23,093 nucleotides of DNA, from assembly GCA_016928695.1 (NCBI GenBank), contig JAFGKF010000025.1, forward strand, positions 1 to 23,093. The letters run 5' to 3'. The notes beneath the pieces were generated by a model. It had not been told where the DNA came from, did no database searches, and saw only the letters and a program-made list of their open reading frames with translations. The position numbers and the translations under genes were made by a program. Positions 7,184 through 15,777 of the stretch are shown piece by piece. How positions within the stretch are numbered: position 1 is the first letter of the stretch; each line of letters begins with the position of its first letter. This stretch comes from Candidatus Sumerlaeota bacterium. GTDB lineage: Bacteria; Sumerlaeota; Sumerlaeia; JABWBI01.

Positions 7184-8188
7184 ATGACTGATGCTCCGGT
7201 GGAATTGCTGAAGATCGCCCGGAACGTCCTCCAGCGAGAGGCGCAGGCCATTCTGGACCTTGTGCCCCGGCTCGACGAGCGCTTTGCCCAGGCGGTGGAG
7301 ATGATTCTCTCCTGCGAGGGGAAAGTGATCGTCACCGCCGTGGGGAAATCGGGGCACATCGGGGGCAAGATCGCCGCCACCCTCTCGTCGACCGGCACCC
7401 CGGCCTTCTTCGTTCACCCGACCGAGGCCCTGCACGGCGATCTGGGGATGATCCGAAAGCGTGACATTGTGATCGCCATCAGCCACTCGGGCGGCACCTC
7501 GGAGCTGATGGCGGTCATCCCCGTCATTCAGAAAATCGGCGCCCCCGTGATCGCCATCTGCCACTCCGCTCAGACGCCGCTGGGTGTGGCGGCCTCCTGC
7601 TGCCTGGAGACGAATGTCTCCCAGGAGGCTGACACGCTGAATCTCGCCCCGACCGCGTCGACCACGACGGTTCTTGCGCTGGGCGATGCGCTCGCCGTGG
7701 CGCTTCTGCGCAGGCGCGGATTCAAGATGGAGGACTTCGCCTTCCTCCACCCCGGCGGCAGACTGGGGCAGTCTCTTCGGCGCGTGCGTGAGATCATCGA
7801 GGGTGGGAAGAATCCCTGCGTCGAGATCTCCACGACGGTCCAGGAGGCGATCGTCGTCTCCAAGGAGGCCAATCTGGGTGCCGTCAGCATCGTCGGCGAT
7901 GGCGGTGTGCTTCTCGGCATCTTCACCGATGGGGACATCGGCCGCGTCCTCCGAAGCCACCGGGGCGAGAGGCTCCTGGCCGTTCTCGAGGGCCCTGTCA
8001 GTGAGGTGATGACGGCGAAACCGATGTCGATCCACGCCGACACCCTGGGGGAGAAGGCCGTGCGCCTGATGGAGGAGCAGGCCACCTATGTTTTGCCCGT
8101 CCTGGAGCGGGATGGTCGTGTCATCGGCATGCTGCGGATGCACGACCTGGTTCGGGCCGGATACACCATACAGACGAATGGAGACTGA
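7184..8188 (+). CDS. kdsD: Arabinose-5-phosphate isomerase (KpsF/GutQ/KdsD family). SIS domain plus tandem CBS domains.
   Basis: SIS motifs (GKVIVTAVGKSGHIGGKIAATLSSTG, DIVIAISHSGGTSEL) followed by two CBS repeats (VSEVMTAKPMSIHADTLGEKAVRLMEE...YVLPVLERDGRVIGMLRMHDLV). Canonical architecture of the Kdo-pathway isomerase. Which paralog (kdsD or kpsF) cannot be told. Confidence 0.85.
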   Translation: MTDAPVELLKIARNVLQREAQAILDLVPRLDERFAQAVEMILSCEGKVIVTAVGKSGHIGGKIAATLSSTGTPAFFVHPTEALHGDLGMIRKRDIVIAISHSGGTSELMAVIPVIQKIGAPVIAICHSAQTPLGVAASCCLETNVSQEADTLNLAPTASTTTVLALGDALAVALLRRRGFKMEDFAFLHPGGRLGQSLRRVREIIEGGKNPCVEISTTVQEAIVVSKEANLGAVSIVGDGGVLLGIFTDGDIGRVLRSHRGERLLAVLEGPVSEVMTAKPMSIHADTLGEKAVRLMEEQATYVLPVLERDGRVIGMLRMHDLVRAGYTIQTNGD

Positions 8189-8202
8189 GCCGAGGGGTCG
8201 AT

Positions 8203-8260
8203 GATCCGCTGATCCGCTGAGCGCGGCGGCGCCCCATCCCGATCAGACGATCAGCCGATC
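8203..8260. repeat. GATC-rich short tandem repeats: (GATCCGCT)x2 at 8203-8218 and GATCAGAC/GATCAGCC/GATCACCG at 8241-8264. Five GATC sites in 58 nt.
   Basis: Read directly from the sequence. GATC starts at 8203, 8211, 8241, 8249 and 8257, with exact 8-nt spacing inside each block. From base composition alone, about one GATC per 300 nt would be expected. Confidence 0.7.
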
Positions 8261-8290
8261 ACCGAGCCCCACGCTGACAGAGGTTGCCCC

Positions 8291-11200
8291 ATGTTCTTCA
8301 AGCGAATCGAGATGACAGGATTCAAGTCGTTCGTTCATCGGACGGATGTCCTCTTCAAGCCCGGAGTGACGGTCATCGTCGGCCCCAACGGCTGCGGCAA
8401 GTCGAACATCTTCGACGCCGTCCGCTGGGTGCTGGGCGAGCAGAGTGCCAAGTCGCTGCGCGGCGAGAGCATGAGCGACGTCATCTTCAATGGCACCGAC
8501 ACCCATCGGGCCACCGCCTTCGCCCAGGTCTCACTGACGGTCTCCAATGAGGACCGTCGCCTCCCGATCGACTTCAACGAGGTGGTGATCTCCCGCCGCC
8601 TCACCCGGACAGGCGAGAGCGAGTACGCGATCAATCGCCACCGCTGCCGCCTGCGCGACGTCGTCGAGCTCTTCATGGACACGGGGGTGGGGACCAACGC
8701 CTACTCCATCATGGAGCAGGGGCGGATCGACCAGATCATCAACGCCCGTCCCGCCGACCGCCGCGAGATCTTCGAGGAGGCCGCGGGGGTCTCGAAGTAC
8801 CGGGTCCGCCGCGCCGAGACGCAGCGGCGCCTGGCCCGCACGGAGGCCGATCTGATCCGGCTCGTCGACGTCATCGCGGAGGTGAAGCGCCAGGCCAACA
8901 GCCTCAGGCGCCAGAGGAACCGCGCGGAGCGCTACAAGAGGTTCGAGTCGGAGCTGCGTGGGCTCGAGATGCATCTGCTCGCCCACCGCTGGCGTCGGCA
9001 CCAGGACGAGGGCAAGGGCCTGGTCGACGAGATCGCTGTCGTCGAGAACCGACTCGCCGAGGTGACGGCGAAGCTGGCGCGGCTCGAGGCCGAGCAGGAG
9101 CAGGGCATCCAGCGCACCGAGGAGCTGAACCGGGTCATCCTCGAGGGCAGCACCCAGATCAACGCCAAGAGCACCACGATCCACGACACCGAGAAGGAGA
9201 TCAGTCTCCTGCACCAGCGCCGCGAGATCAACACGGCGCGCCTCGGTGAGCTCGAGGTTCAGATCACCGGCAGCCGTGAGACACTGGCCGAGCTGAGCGC
9301 GACACTCGAGAGGCTGACCGGGGAGCTCGCCGAGCGAGAGGCCGCCTTCGCTGAGCGGGAGCATGTCCACGCACTGCGCCGTGAGGAGTCCCAGCGGGCG
9401 AGGGCTGGCCTGGACGCCCAGGAGCGGGAGCTGGGTGACCTGCGCCGCCGCATCAGCGAGAGCCGCACACAGCAGCTGAACCTGGAAAATGAGATCCGAC
9501 TCGCCGCGGTGATGGGTGAGAAGCTGACCGATGAGATCGGCGTCATCAATGCTCAGCGCGAGGAGCAGGCCAGGCTCGCCGAGGAGGCCAACCGCGCTCT
9601 CGCCGAGCGGGAGGGGGCTCATGGCGAGGAGGCGAAGCGCCTGGAGGGGATGACCGAGCGCCTGGAGACCATCGACGCCCGACTCGGTGACCTCCGTGAT
9701 GAGGAGCAGGAGGTGACCGAGGCGCTGCGTGTGTGCCAGTCGGATCTGACGGAGACGCAGTCGCACCTGCGCGCGCTGCGCGCCCTTCAGCGGAGCCACG
9801 AGGGTTACCGCGAGGGTGTGCGCCTGGTGATGCAGGCGGCCGAGAGCGATGAGCTCGAGGGCATTGTCGGCACCGTCGCCTCGCTGATCCACCCCCATCC
9901 CGAGCACGAGCGGGCACTCGAGGCCGCGCTCAACGGCGACGAGCAGATCATCCTGACGCGCACGGCCGAGGACCGCCAGCGGGCGGCCGCATGGCTGCGC
10001 GGGCAATCGCGGGGCAGAGCGACTCTCCTCGCCCTCGACAGCGCCCGAGAGCCGCACCGACCCATGGGCGATGCGCTGAGCCTCGGGGGGGTGATCGCCT
10101 GGGCCGACACCGCCGTGACATGTGATGATCTGGTCAGACCCGCGGTGCGCGAGCTGCTCAGCGAGACGCTGATCGTCGCCGACATGGAGACAGCCCTGCG
10201 GCTCAGCGCCAATGGAACAGCGCGGCGCTGCGTGACCCCCGAGGGCGAGATCGCGATCGGCGGAACACGGGTGACGGCGGGCCCACTCCAGGCAACGGGA
10301 CTGCTCACCCGCGAGCGCGACATCGCCGTGGCCGGGGAGAGGGAGGCGCGCCTCGTCGATGAGCTGACGGGGCTCCGCCGCCGTGAGGCATCGCTGACGG
10401 AGAGCCGCCGCGAGATCGAGGCGGAGCGCCACGATCTGGCCTCCGCGCGTCAGCGCCAGGAGATCCTGTGCGCCGAGCTGGCCAAGGACCTCGAGATGGC
10501 CCGGCGAGAGTCCGCGGCGGTTCAGGCGACGCTGGAGCGCCTGCGTCTGCGAGCCGAGGACATCGACCGCCAGATCGATGAGCAGCTCGATCTGCGCGAG
10601 AGCGCGGCCGAGCGCCTCGACGACATCCGCGCCGAGATCGCCTCACAGGAGGAGCGCATCTCCACCATGGAGGGCATGAGCGTGAACTCGGGCGCGGAGG
10701 CGCGCCGCCTCGAGGAGGAGGCTCACGCCCTCGAGATCGAGGTCGCCCGGGCGCGCGAGCAGCTCGAGATGCTTCGCCTGCGCCACAGCAGCTGCGAGTC
10801 CGAGCACACCGAGATCTCGCGCCGCATCGGGACAGCCGATTCCGAGTGCACCCGCCTGACGTCTGAGAACGAGGAGGCGCACAGCCGCCTCGGCACGCTG
10901 GAGGAGCGCCTCACCGCCCTCTTCGAGGAGCGCCGTGCGCTCGAGGAGTCGCTCTCCACGCAGCGCCAGGAGAGCGATCAGGCCTCGATCGAGCTCAAGC
11001 GCCTCGGCCAGGAGGTCCACGTGACCGCCCGCGAGCGCAACGAGCTGCAGAACCGCCTGCACGACCTCGACGTCAAGCGCAGCCAGCACGAGATGCACCT
11101 CGAGCACTGCGACGAGGAGGCGAAGGAGAAGTTCGGCCGTCCGATGGCACAGGTCCTCTCCGAGAATCCCGATCCGATCGAGGATCTCGAGGCCCACCGC

Positions 11201-11851
11201 TCGCAGGCCGCTGAGCTCCGCCAGCGGATCGAGGCGCTCGGTCCGGTCAACGTGATGGCCATCGAGGAGTACGAGCAGCTCCGCCAGCGCCACGAGTTCC
11301 TCTCGGCGCAGGAGAGCGACCTGCTCGACTCCAAGCGCAACCTCGAGAGGGCGATCCAGGAGCTCGACCAGACCACGACCCAGATCTTCGGGGAGGCGTT
11401 CACTCGCATCCGCGAGAACTTCCAGTCGGTCTTCCGCCGCCTCTTCGGCGGGGGGCGCGCCGACCTCCTGCTCACCGAGCCGAACGATCCGGTCACCAGC
11501 GGTGTCGAGATCGTGGCTCAGCCCCCGAGCAAGAAGCTGAGCGTGATCTCCCTGCTCTCCGGTGGCGAGAAGGCGCTGACGGCCATCGCGCTCCTCTTCG
11601 CCATCTTCCAGCACAAGCCCGCCCCATTCTGCGTGCTCGACGAGATGGACGCACCGCTCGACGACAAGAACATCGGGCGCTTCAAGGACATGCTCAACGA
11701 CTTCAGCCAGTCCACCCAGTTCATCATCATCACCCACAACAAGCACACGATGCGCATGGCCGACACGCTGCTCGGAATCACCATGGAGGAGAAGGGCGTC
11801 TCGCGTCTGGTGGGCGTCGATCTTCACACCGCCACCCAGCTCGCCGAGTGA
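8291..11851 (+). CDS. smc: Chromosome segregation protein SMC (1186 aa).
   Basis: N-terminal Walker A (GPNGCGKSN), long coiled coils with a central hinge (GIVGTVASLI...), C-terminal ABC signature (LSGGEKALTAIALLFAIF) and Walker B (CVLDEMDAPLD). ATG at 8291. Confidence 0.95.
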   Translation: MFFKRIEMTGFKSFVHRTDVLFKPGVTVIVGPNGCGKSNIFDAVRWVLGEQSAKSLRGESMSDVIFNGTDTHRATAFAQVSLTVSNEDRRLPIDFNEVVISRRLTRTGESEYAINRHRCRLRDVVELFMDTGVGTNAYSIMEQGRIDQIINARPADRREIFEEAAGVSKYRVRRAETQRRLARTEADLIRLVDVIAEVKRQANSLRRQRNRAERYKRFESELRGLEMHLLAHRWRRHQDEGKGLVDEIAVVENRLAEVTAKLARLEAEQEQGIQRTEELNRVILEGSTQINAKSTTIHDTEKEISLLHQRREINTARLGELEVQITGSRETLAELSATLERLTGELAEREAAFAEREHVHALRREESQRARAGLDAQERELGDLRRRISESRTQQLNLENEIRLAAVMGEKLTDEIGVINAQREEQARLAEEANRALAEREGAHGEEAKRLEGMTERLETIDARLGDLRDEEQEVTEALRVCQSDLTETQSHLRALRALQRSHEGYREGVRLVMQAAESDELEGIVGTVASLIHPHPEHERALEAALNGDEQIILTRTAEDRQRAAAWLRGQSRGRATLLALDSAREPHRPMGDALSLGGVIAWADTAVTCDDLVRPAVRELLSETLIVADMETALRLSANGTARRCVTPEGEIAIGGTRVTAGPLQATGLLTRERDIAVAGEREARLVDELTGLRRREASLTESRREIEAERHDLASARQRQEILCAELAKDLEMARRESAAVQATLERLRLRAEDIDRQIDEQLDLRESAAERLDDIRAEIASQEERISTMEGMSVNSGAEARRLEEEAHALEIEVARAREQLEMLRLRHSSCESEHTEISRRIGTADSECTRLTSENEEAHSRLGTLEERLTALFEERRALEESLSTQRQESDQASIELKRLGQEVHVTARERNELQNRLHDLDVKRSQHEMHLEHCDEEAKEKFGRPMAQVLSENPDPIEDLEAHRSQAAELRQRIEALGPVNVMAIEEYEQLRQRHEFLSAQESDLLDSKRNLERAIQELDQTTTQIFGEAFTRIRENFQSVFRRLFGGGRADLLLTEPNDPVTSGVEIVAQPPSKKLSVISLLSGGEKALTAIALLFAIFQHKPAPFCVLDEMDAPLDDKNIGRFKDMLNDFSQSTQFIIITHNKHTMRMADTLLGITMEEKGVSRLVGVDLHTATQLAE

Positions 11852-11879
11852 TCCGGTCTGACGATCCTCACCCGCGAAG

Positions 11880-13061
11880 GTGAACCTCACATCTCTCGCC
11901 CGCCGATGGACCGAGACCCCGCCGAGTCCCCTCGGGGAGGCGATGGAAGAGGCCAGACGCGCGGGGCGCACACTGCTCGACCTGATCACACCGAACCCCT
12001 CCGAGCACGGGCTGGCATTCCCGCATGAGTCACTGGCCGAGATCGCGCAGTGGGCCATGCGCCACACCGAGTCGGTCCGCCGCTACACCCCCTGCCCGCT
12101 GGGGCAGCGCCCCGCGCGGGAGGCGATTGCGGACCTCTATCGTCGACGAGGTGTGGAGGCCCAGGCCGACCACATCGCCCTGACTCCGGGGACGAGCTTC
12201 GGCCATCTCGCCACCATGCGGCTGCTCGTGGAGCAGGGCGACGAGCTGCTCATCCCCTCACCGGGCTACCCGCTGTTCGATGACATCGCCGCGATCTGCG
12301 GGGTGAGGCTGCGCCGCTACCACCTCGCGGAGAGCGATGGTCGATGGCGCCCCGATCTGGAGGAGATCGCGTTCCAGTGCACCGAGCGCACACGCGCGAT
12401 CGCTGTCGTCTCACCCCACAATCCCACGGGGACGGTCTGGAGTGAGAGTGACCTCGGTGATCTGCGCCGGCTCTGCGAGCAGAGAGACCTCGCGCTGATC
12501 TTCGACGAGGTCTTCTGCGAGTTTCTCACTCCGCCTCTCGAGCGGCTTCCCCGCCCGGTGGGATTTCCGCTCGCCATCACCCTCAATGGCCTCTCGAAAA
12601 TGCTGGCGCTGCCGGCGTGGAAGATCGCCTGGATGAGGGTCGAGGGGGAACCCGGGAGGCGCACCGGTTTCCTGCGTGCCCTGGAGCATCTGATCGACAC
12701 CTTCCTCCCCATGGGCGAACTTCAGCAGGCGATGATCCCGGCGATTCTCGAGGCGGGCGATCCCGCGGTGTGCCGCGCACTCGCCGAGGAGCTGAATCGC
12801 CGTCGCCAGCTTGCCGTGGACTTTCTCGGCTCAGCCGCTCCCCCACCCCAGGGGGGCGTCCATCTGTGCGCCCCTCTGCCCGAGGGGGTCGATGACGAGG
12901 AATTTGCGATTCGCCTGATCCGTGAGCGGGGCGTCGCGGTTCACCCCGGTTTCTACTATGAGCTGCCCCACCATCTCACACTGACCTGTATCCCCAGGCC
13001 TGAGATCCTGCGTGAGGGGATCGGGGAGATCACCGCAGCTCTCAGAGACCCCAAAAGCTGA
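11880..13061 (+). CDS. PLP-dependent aminotransferase, class I/II fold (AlaT/AspC-like).
   Basis: LNGLSK motif (PLP-binding Lys), PHNPTG and ALIFDEVF motifs typical of fold-type I aminotransferases. Start is uncertain (GTG 11880 or in-frame ATG 11943). The 3' end overlaps the convergent EEP gene by 20 nt. Confidence 0.8.
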   Translation: MNLTSLARRWTETPPSPLGEAMEEARRAGRTLLDLITPNPSEHGLAFPHESLAEIAQWAMRHTESVRRYTPCPLGQRPAREAIADLYRRRGVEAQADHIALTPGTSFGHLATMRLLVEQGDELLIPSPGYPLFDDIAAICGVRLRRYHLAESDGRWRPDLEEIAFQCTERTRAIAVVSPHNPTGTVWSESDLGDLRRLCEQRDLALIFDEVFCEFLTPPLERLPRPVGFPLAITLNGLSKMLALPAWKIAWMRVEGEPGRRTGFLRALEHLIDTFLPMGELQQAMIPAILEAGDPAVCRALAEELNRRRQLAVDFLGSAAPPPQGGVHLCAPLPEGVDDEEFAIRLIRERGVAVHPGFYYELPHHLTLTCIPRPEILREGIGEITAALRDPKS

Positions 13062-13896
13062 GCCTCGTCACCACCGGGCGATGATCGGAGGCGGTCGTCT
13101 CGAGCACCTCCGTCGAGAGCACGTCGATGGCCCAGCGGCTGATGAAGAGGTAGTCGATGCACACTTCCGGATCATCGGAGGGATGGGTCAGCCGCCGCCT
13201 GATGGGGATGTCATGCCTGAGACCATCCTCCCCCTGGAGACCGTGATAGCAGTCATCGAGGAGTCTCCGGACCGGGACCAGCTCCAGGGCATCGGGCTCC
13301 GCATTGAGATCACCGCCGAAGATGACGCGTCCGTCGACCAACGCATCGTGGATCAGATCGGCGACCTCCTCCAGCTGCTCCATCCGCTGATCGCGGGTCA
13401 GCCCCAGGTGCGTGTTGATCACCGACAGCTCCAGCTCGCCACTTGCGACTCTGACGATCTGAGCGACGCGGGGCTCACTGAAGTATCCCGGAAGATTGGG
13501 ATGGCGCTGCGAGTGATCGGTGAAGGGCAGGGCCACCGACTCCGGTGAGGCGATCGGCATGCGGCTCAGAATCGCGATGCCGTATTCTCCCCCCTGGAGT
13601 GGAATGGCGGGGGCGAAGGCGTGGTGCATCCCGAGCTGCTCGGCGAGGATCGCCGCCTCGTCAATGCCCCCCGTCCGCTCCACGTTCCGGTCGACCTCCT
13701 GGAGCAGGACGATGTCTGCGTCCTGGGCACGGATGACCTCGGCGATCTGGGCGAGCCCCACCATGGGGTCCTGATCCGATCCGTGGTACCCCTTCCCCGC
13801 GCGGATATTGTAAGTCATCACGACGAGCTCGATCTGGGCCGGTGCCATCAGCGCCAGCCCGGCCATCAGTGTGAGGATCAATCCAAGCCGTTTCAT
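13042..13896 (-). CDS. Secreted endonuclease/exonuclease/phosphatase (EEP) family protein.
   Basis: ATG at 13896 with a GGAGGG SD 7 nt upstream. Signal peptide MKRLGLILTLMAGLALMAPAQ. EEP motifs (MTYNIRAG, IVLLQEV, GGDLNAEP, SDHRPV). The longer ORF to 13959 lacks an SD and is rejected. Confidence 0.8.
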   Translation of the reverse strand: MKRLGLILTLMAGLALMAPAQIELVVMTYNIRAGKGYHGSDQDPMVGLAQIAEVIRAQDADIVLLQEVDRNVERTGGIDEAAILAEQLGMHHAFAPAIPLQGGEYGIAILSRMPIASPESVALPFTDHSQRHPNLPGYFSEPRVAQIVRVASGELELSVINTHLGLTRDQRMEQLEEVADLIHDALVDGRVIFGGDLNAEPDALELVPVRRLLDDCYHGLQGEDGLRHDIPIRRRLTHPSDDPEVCIDYLFISRWAIDVLSTEVLETTASDHRPVVTRLSFWGL

Positions 13897-14051
13897 CCGT
13901 TTGCCCTCCTCAGGTAATCGCTGTCGGCGGTGCCAGAAAAGCGCCTGCCCAGGCTGCAATCAACCCTGGCCTGAAAAAAGAGCTTGCCCCGGGAAGCGGA
14001 GCTCTGGGAGATGAAAAAATAACGTGACCGATAAAATATTGGGGGACGACT
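13897..14051. promoter_or_regulatory. Divergent intergenic region, AT-richer than the flanks, presumably holding promoters for the EEP gene (-) and the PhyH pair (+).
   Basis: 155 nt with A-tracts (GAAAAAAG, GAAAAAAT) and TAAAAT at 14032-14037 that are unusual for this GC content. No confident -35/-10 pair could be assigned. Confidence 0.4.
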
Positions 14052-14876
14052 ATGACACCGGCCACCGATTCCCTCCCAGACCTCGGGGGGGAAGTGACTC
14101 TGGCACCTGAGCAGATCGCCGCTTGGCAGCGCGACGGCCACACCCTTGTGCGGGGGGTCGCCGACGACGGGGAGGTCGCCGCCTATCGCCCCATCATCGT
14201 CGAGGAGACGCTCCGGCAGAGCGCAGAGCGCCGCCCCCTCGCCGAGCGGGACACCTATCACCGGGCCTTCATCCAGGTCACCAACCTGTGGAGGAAGAGC
14301 GAGGCGGTGAAGCGCTTTGTCTTGGCGCGGCGCTTTGCCAAGATCGCCGCCGACCTGATGGGAGTCGACGCTGTTCGCATCTACCACGATCAGGCGCTGC
14401 TCAAGGAGGGTGGGGGCGGCCACACCCCCTGGCATCAGGACCAGTTCTACTGGCCGCTTGACACTGACAACACGATCACGATGTGGATGCCGCTGGTCGA
14501 CTGCCCGGTGGAGATGGGGGCGCTGACCTTCGCCTCCTCACGCGACGCCCTGGGATATCGAAGCGAGATGCCGATCTCGGATGACTCGCACCGCGAGATC
14601 GCGTCCTTCATCGCGAAGAACCACCTGCCCATCGTCGTCGGCGATCTGCGGGCCGGCGATGCGACATTTCACTCGGGGTGGTGTCTGCACTCGGCGCCCC
14701 CGAACCGCTCGGATCGGATGCGCGAGGTGATGACGGTGATCTACTATGAGGATGGCGCTCGCCTCAAGAGCCCCGAGAGCGAGCACGAGCGGGTCGACCG
14801 CGAGGCGTGGTATCCGGGCTCAGAGCCCGGCGATCTCGCCGCGAGCGAGCTGACGCCCGTCGTCTTCCACCGCTGA
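14052..14876 (+). CDS. Phytanoyl-CoA dioxygenase (PhyH) family Fe(II)/2-oxoglutarate-dependent oxygenase, paralog 1.
   Basis: HxD iron-binding context TPWHQDQFYW, WMPLVD, and a distal His (ATFHSGWCLHSAPPNRS) consistent with PhyH-type double-stranded beta-helix enzymes. Confidence 0.75.
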   Translation: MTPATDSLPDLGGEVTLAPEQIAAWQRDGHTLVRGVADDGEVAAYRPIIVEETLRQSAERRPLAERDTYHRAFIQVTNLWRKSEAVKRFVLARRFAKIAADLMGVDAVRIYHDQALLKEGGGGHTPWHQDQFYWPLDTDNTITMWMPLVDCPVEMGALTFASSRDALGYRSEMPISDDSHREIASFIAKNHLPIVVGDLRAGDATFHSGWCLHSAPPNRSDRMREVMTVIYYEDGARLKSPESEHERVDREAWYPGSEPGDLAASELTPVVFHR

Positions 14877-14886
14877 GGCCCTCGCC

Positions 14887-15777
14887 ATGATCGATGAGTT
14901 CACCCTGCCGACCCCTGCCGACATCGGTGACTGGGAGGTGAACGGGTATTGGATCTCGCCACCGCTCTTTTCCCCCGAGGAGATCGCCCGCGCCATCGAG
15001 GCGATGGATCGTGTGATCGCGGGAGTCTGCGAGACAGGGCACGAGCCATGGAGCCGCTTCTGGAATCCGGGGGACGATCCGCTCGCGCTGTGCAAGATCG
15101 ACAACTCCCACTGGGCGAACCTGGCGATCCGTGACCTCGTGCTGAGCGAGGCGATCGGGGCGGCCGCCGCGCGCCTGATGCACACGCATGAGGTGCGGCT
15201 GTGGCATGACCAGCTGCTTTTCAAACCGGGTCAGGGACCCGGGGCCAAACCGGGCGGGAATGTCGGCTGGCACCAGGACCACGGCTACTGGACGAACACG
15301 TGCCCCGATCTCCTGACGGCGTGGATCGCCCTGGTCGACGTCGACGAGAGCAACGGGTGCATGCACTTCGTGCCCGGGAGTCACCGCTGGGGAAAGATCG
15401 ACGGCGATTTCTTCGACCAGGACCTGGAGCGGACACGGGAGCGGATCGCCGAGGAGACAGGTGAGGAGTTTCGCACCGTCCCCATCGTGATGCGGGCGGG
15501 GCAGGTGAGCTTTCATCACTGCCTGACGATTCACGGCAGCGGTCCGAACCGAACGGATTCCCCACGGCGATCATTCGCCGTCCATCTCCAGCCGGCCCAC
15601 GCCGCCCACATCGCCGGGACGCCGGCCGACAGCCACCAGTGCAGCATCATGCTGCGCCACCTGGGGGGGAGTGAGGGCTCACTCTATCGTGGGGGGCCCT
15701 GGCCCACGCTCTATCCGAAGCGCTCAGAGCCGATCCCCTGTCCCTCTCACAGGGAGATGAGCTCCTTGGGCGATTGA
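14887..15777 (+). CDS. PhyH family Fe(II)/2-oxoglutarate-dependent oxygenase, paralog 2. Tandem with paralog 1 across a 10-nt gap.
   Basis: GWHQDHGYW (HxD), AWIALVD, SFHHCLTIHGSGPNRT. Same motif order as the upstream paralog. The 3' end overlaps the convergent M24 gene by about 31 nt. Confidence 0.75.
   Translation: MIDEFTLPTPADIGDWEVNGYWISPPLFSPEEIARAIEAMDRVIAGVCETGHEPWSRFWNPGDDPLALCKIDNSHWANLAIRDLVLSEAIGAAAARLMHTHEVRLWHDQLLFKPGQGPGAKPGGNVGWHQDHGYWTNTCPDLLTAWIALVDVDESNGCMHFVPGSHRWGKIDGDFFDQDLERTRERIAEETGEEFRTVPIVMRAGQVSFHHCLTIHGSGPNRTDSPRRSFAVHLQPAHAAHIAGTPADSHQCSIMLRHLGGSEGSLYRGGPWPTLYPKRSEPIPCPSHREMSSLGD

Noticed and set aside
1281-12067. Many long antisense or alternative-frame ORFs in the six-frame track (for example 2024..3355 -, 4302..6113 -, 8531..10432 -, 10643..12067 -, 16149..17330 +, 17305..18606 +, 19452..22013 +).
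   Set aside because: They lie opposite well-supported genes with clear domain signatures. Their translations are low-complexity and Arg/Ala/Gly/Pro/Asp-rich, as expected from stop-codon depletion in about 68% GC DNA, and they lack SD sequences.
14101-14116. tggcacctgagcagat, considered as a sigma-54 -24/-12 site.
   Set aside because: It is inside the PhyH1 coding sequence and the -12 element does not match TTGC.
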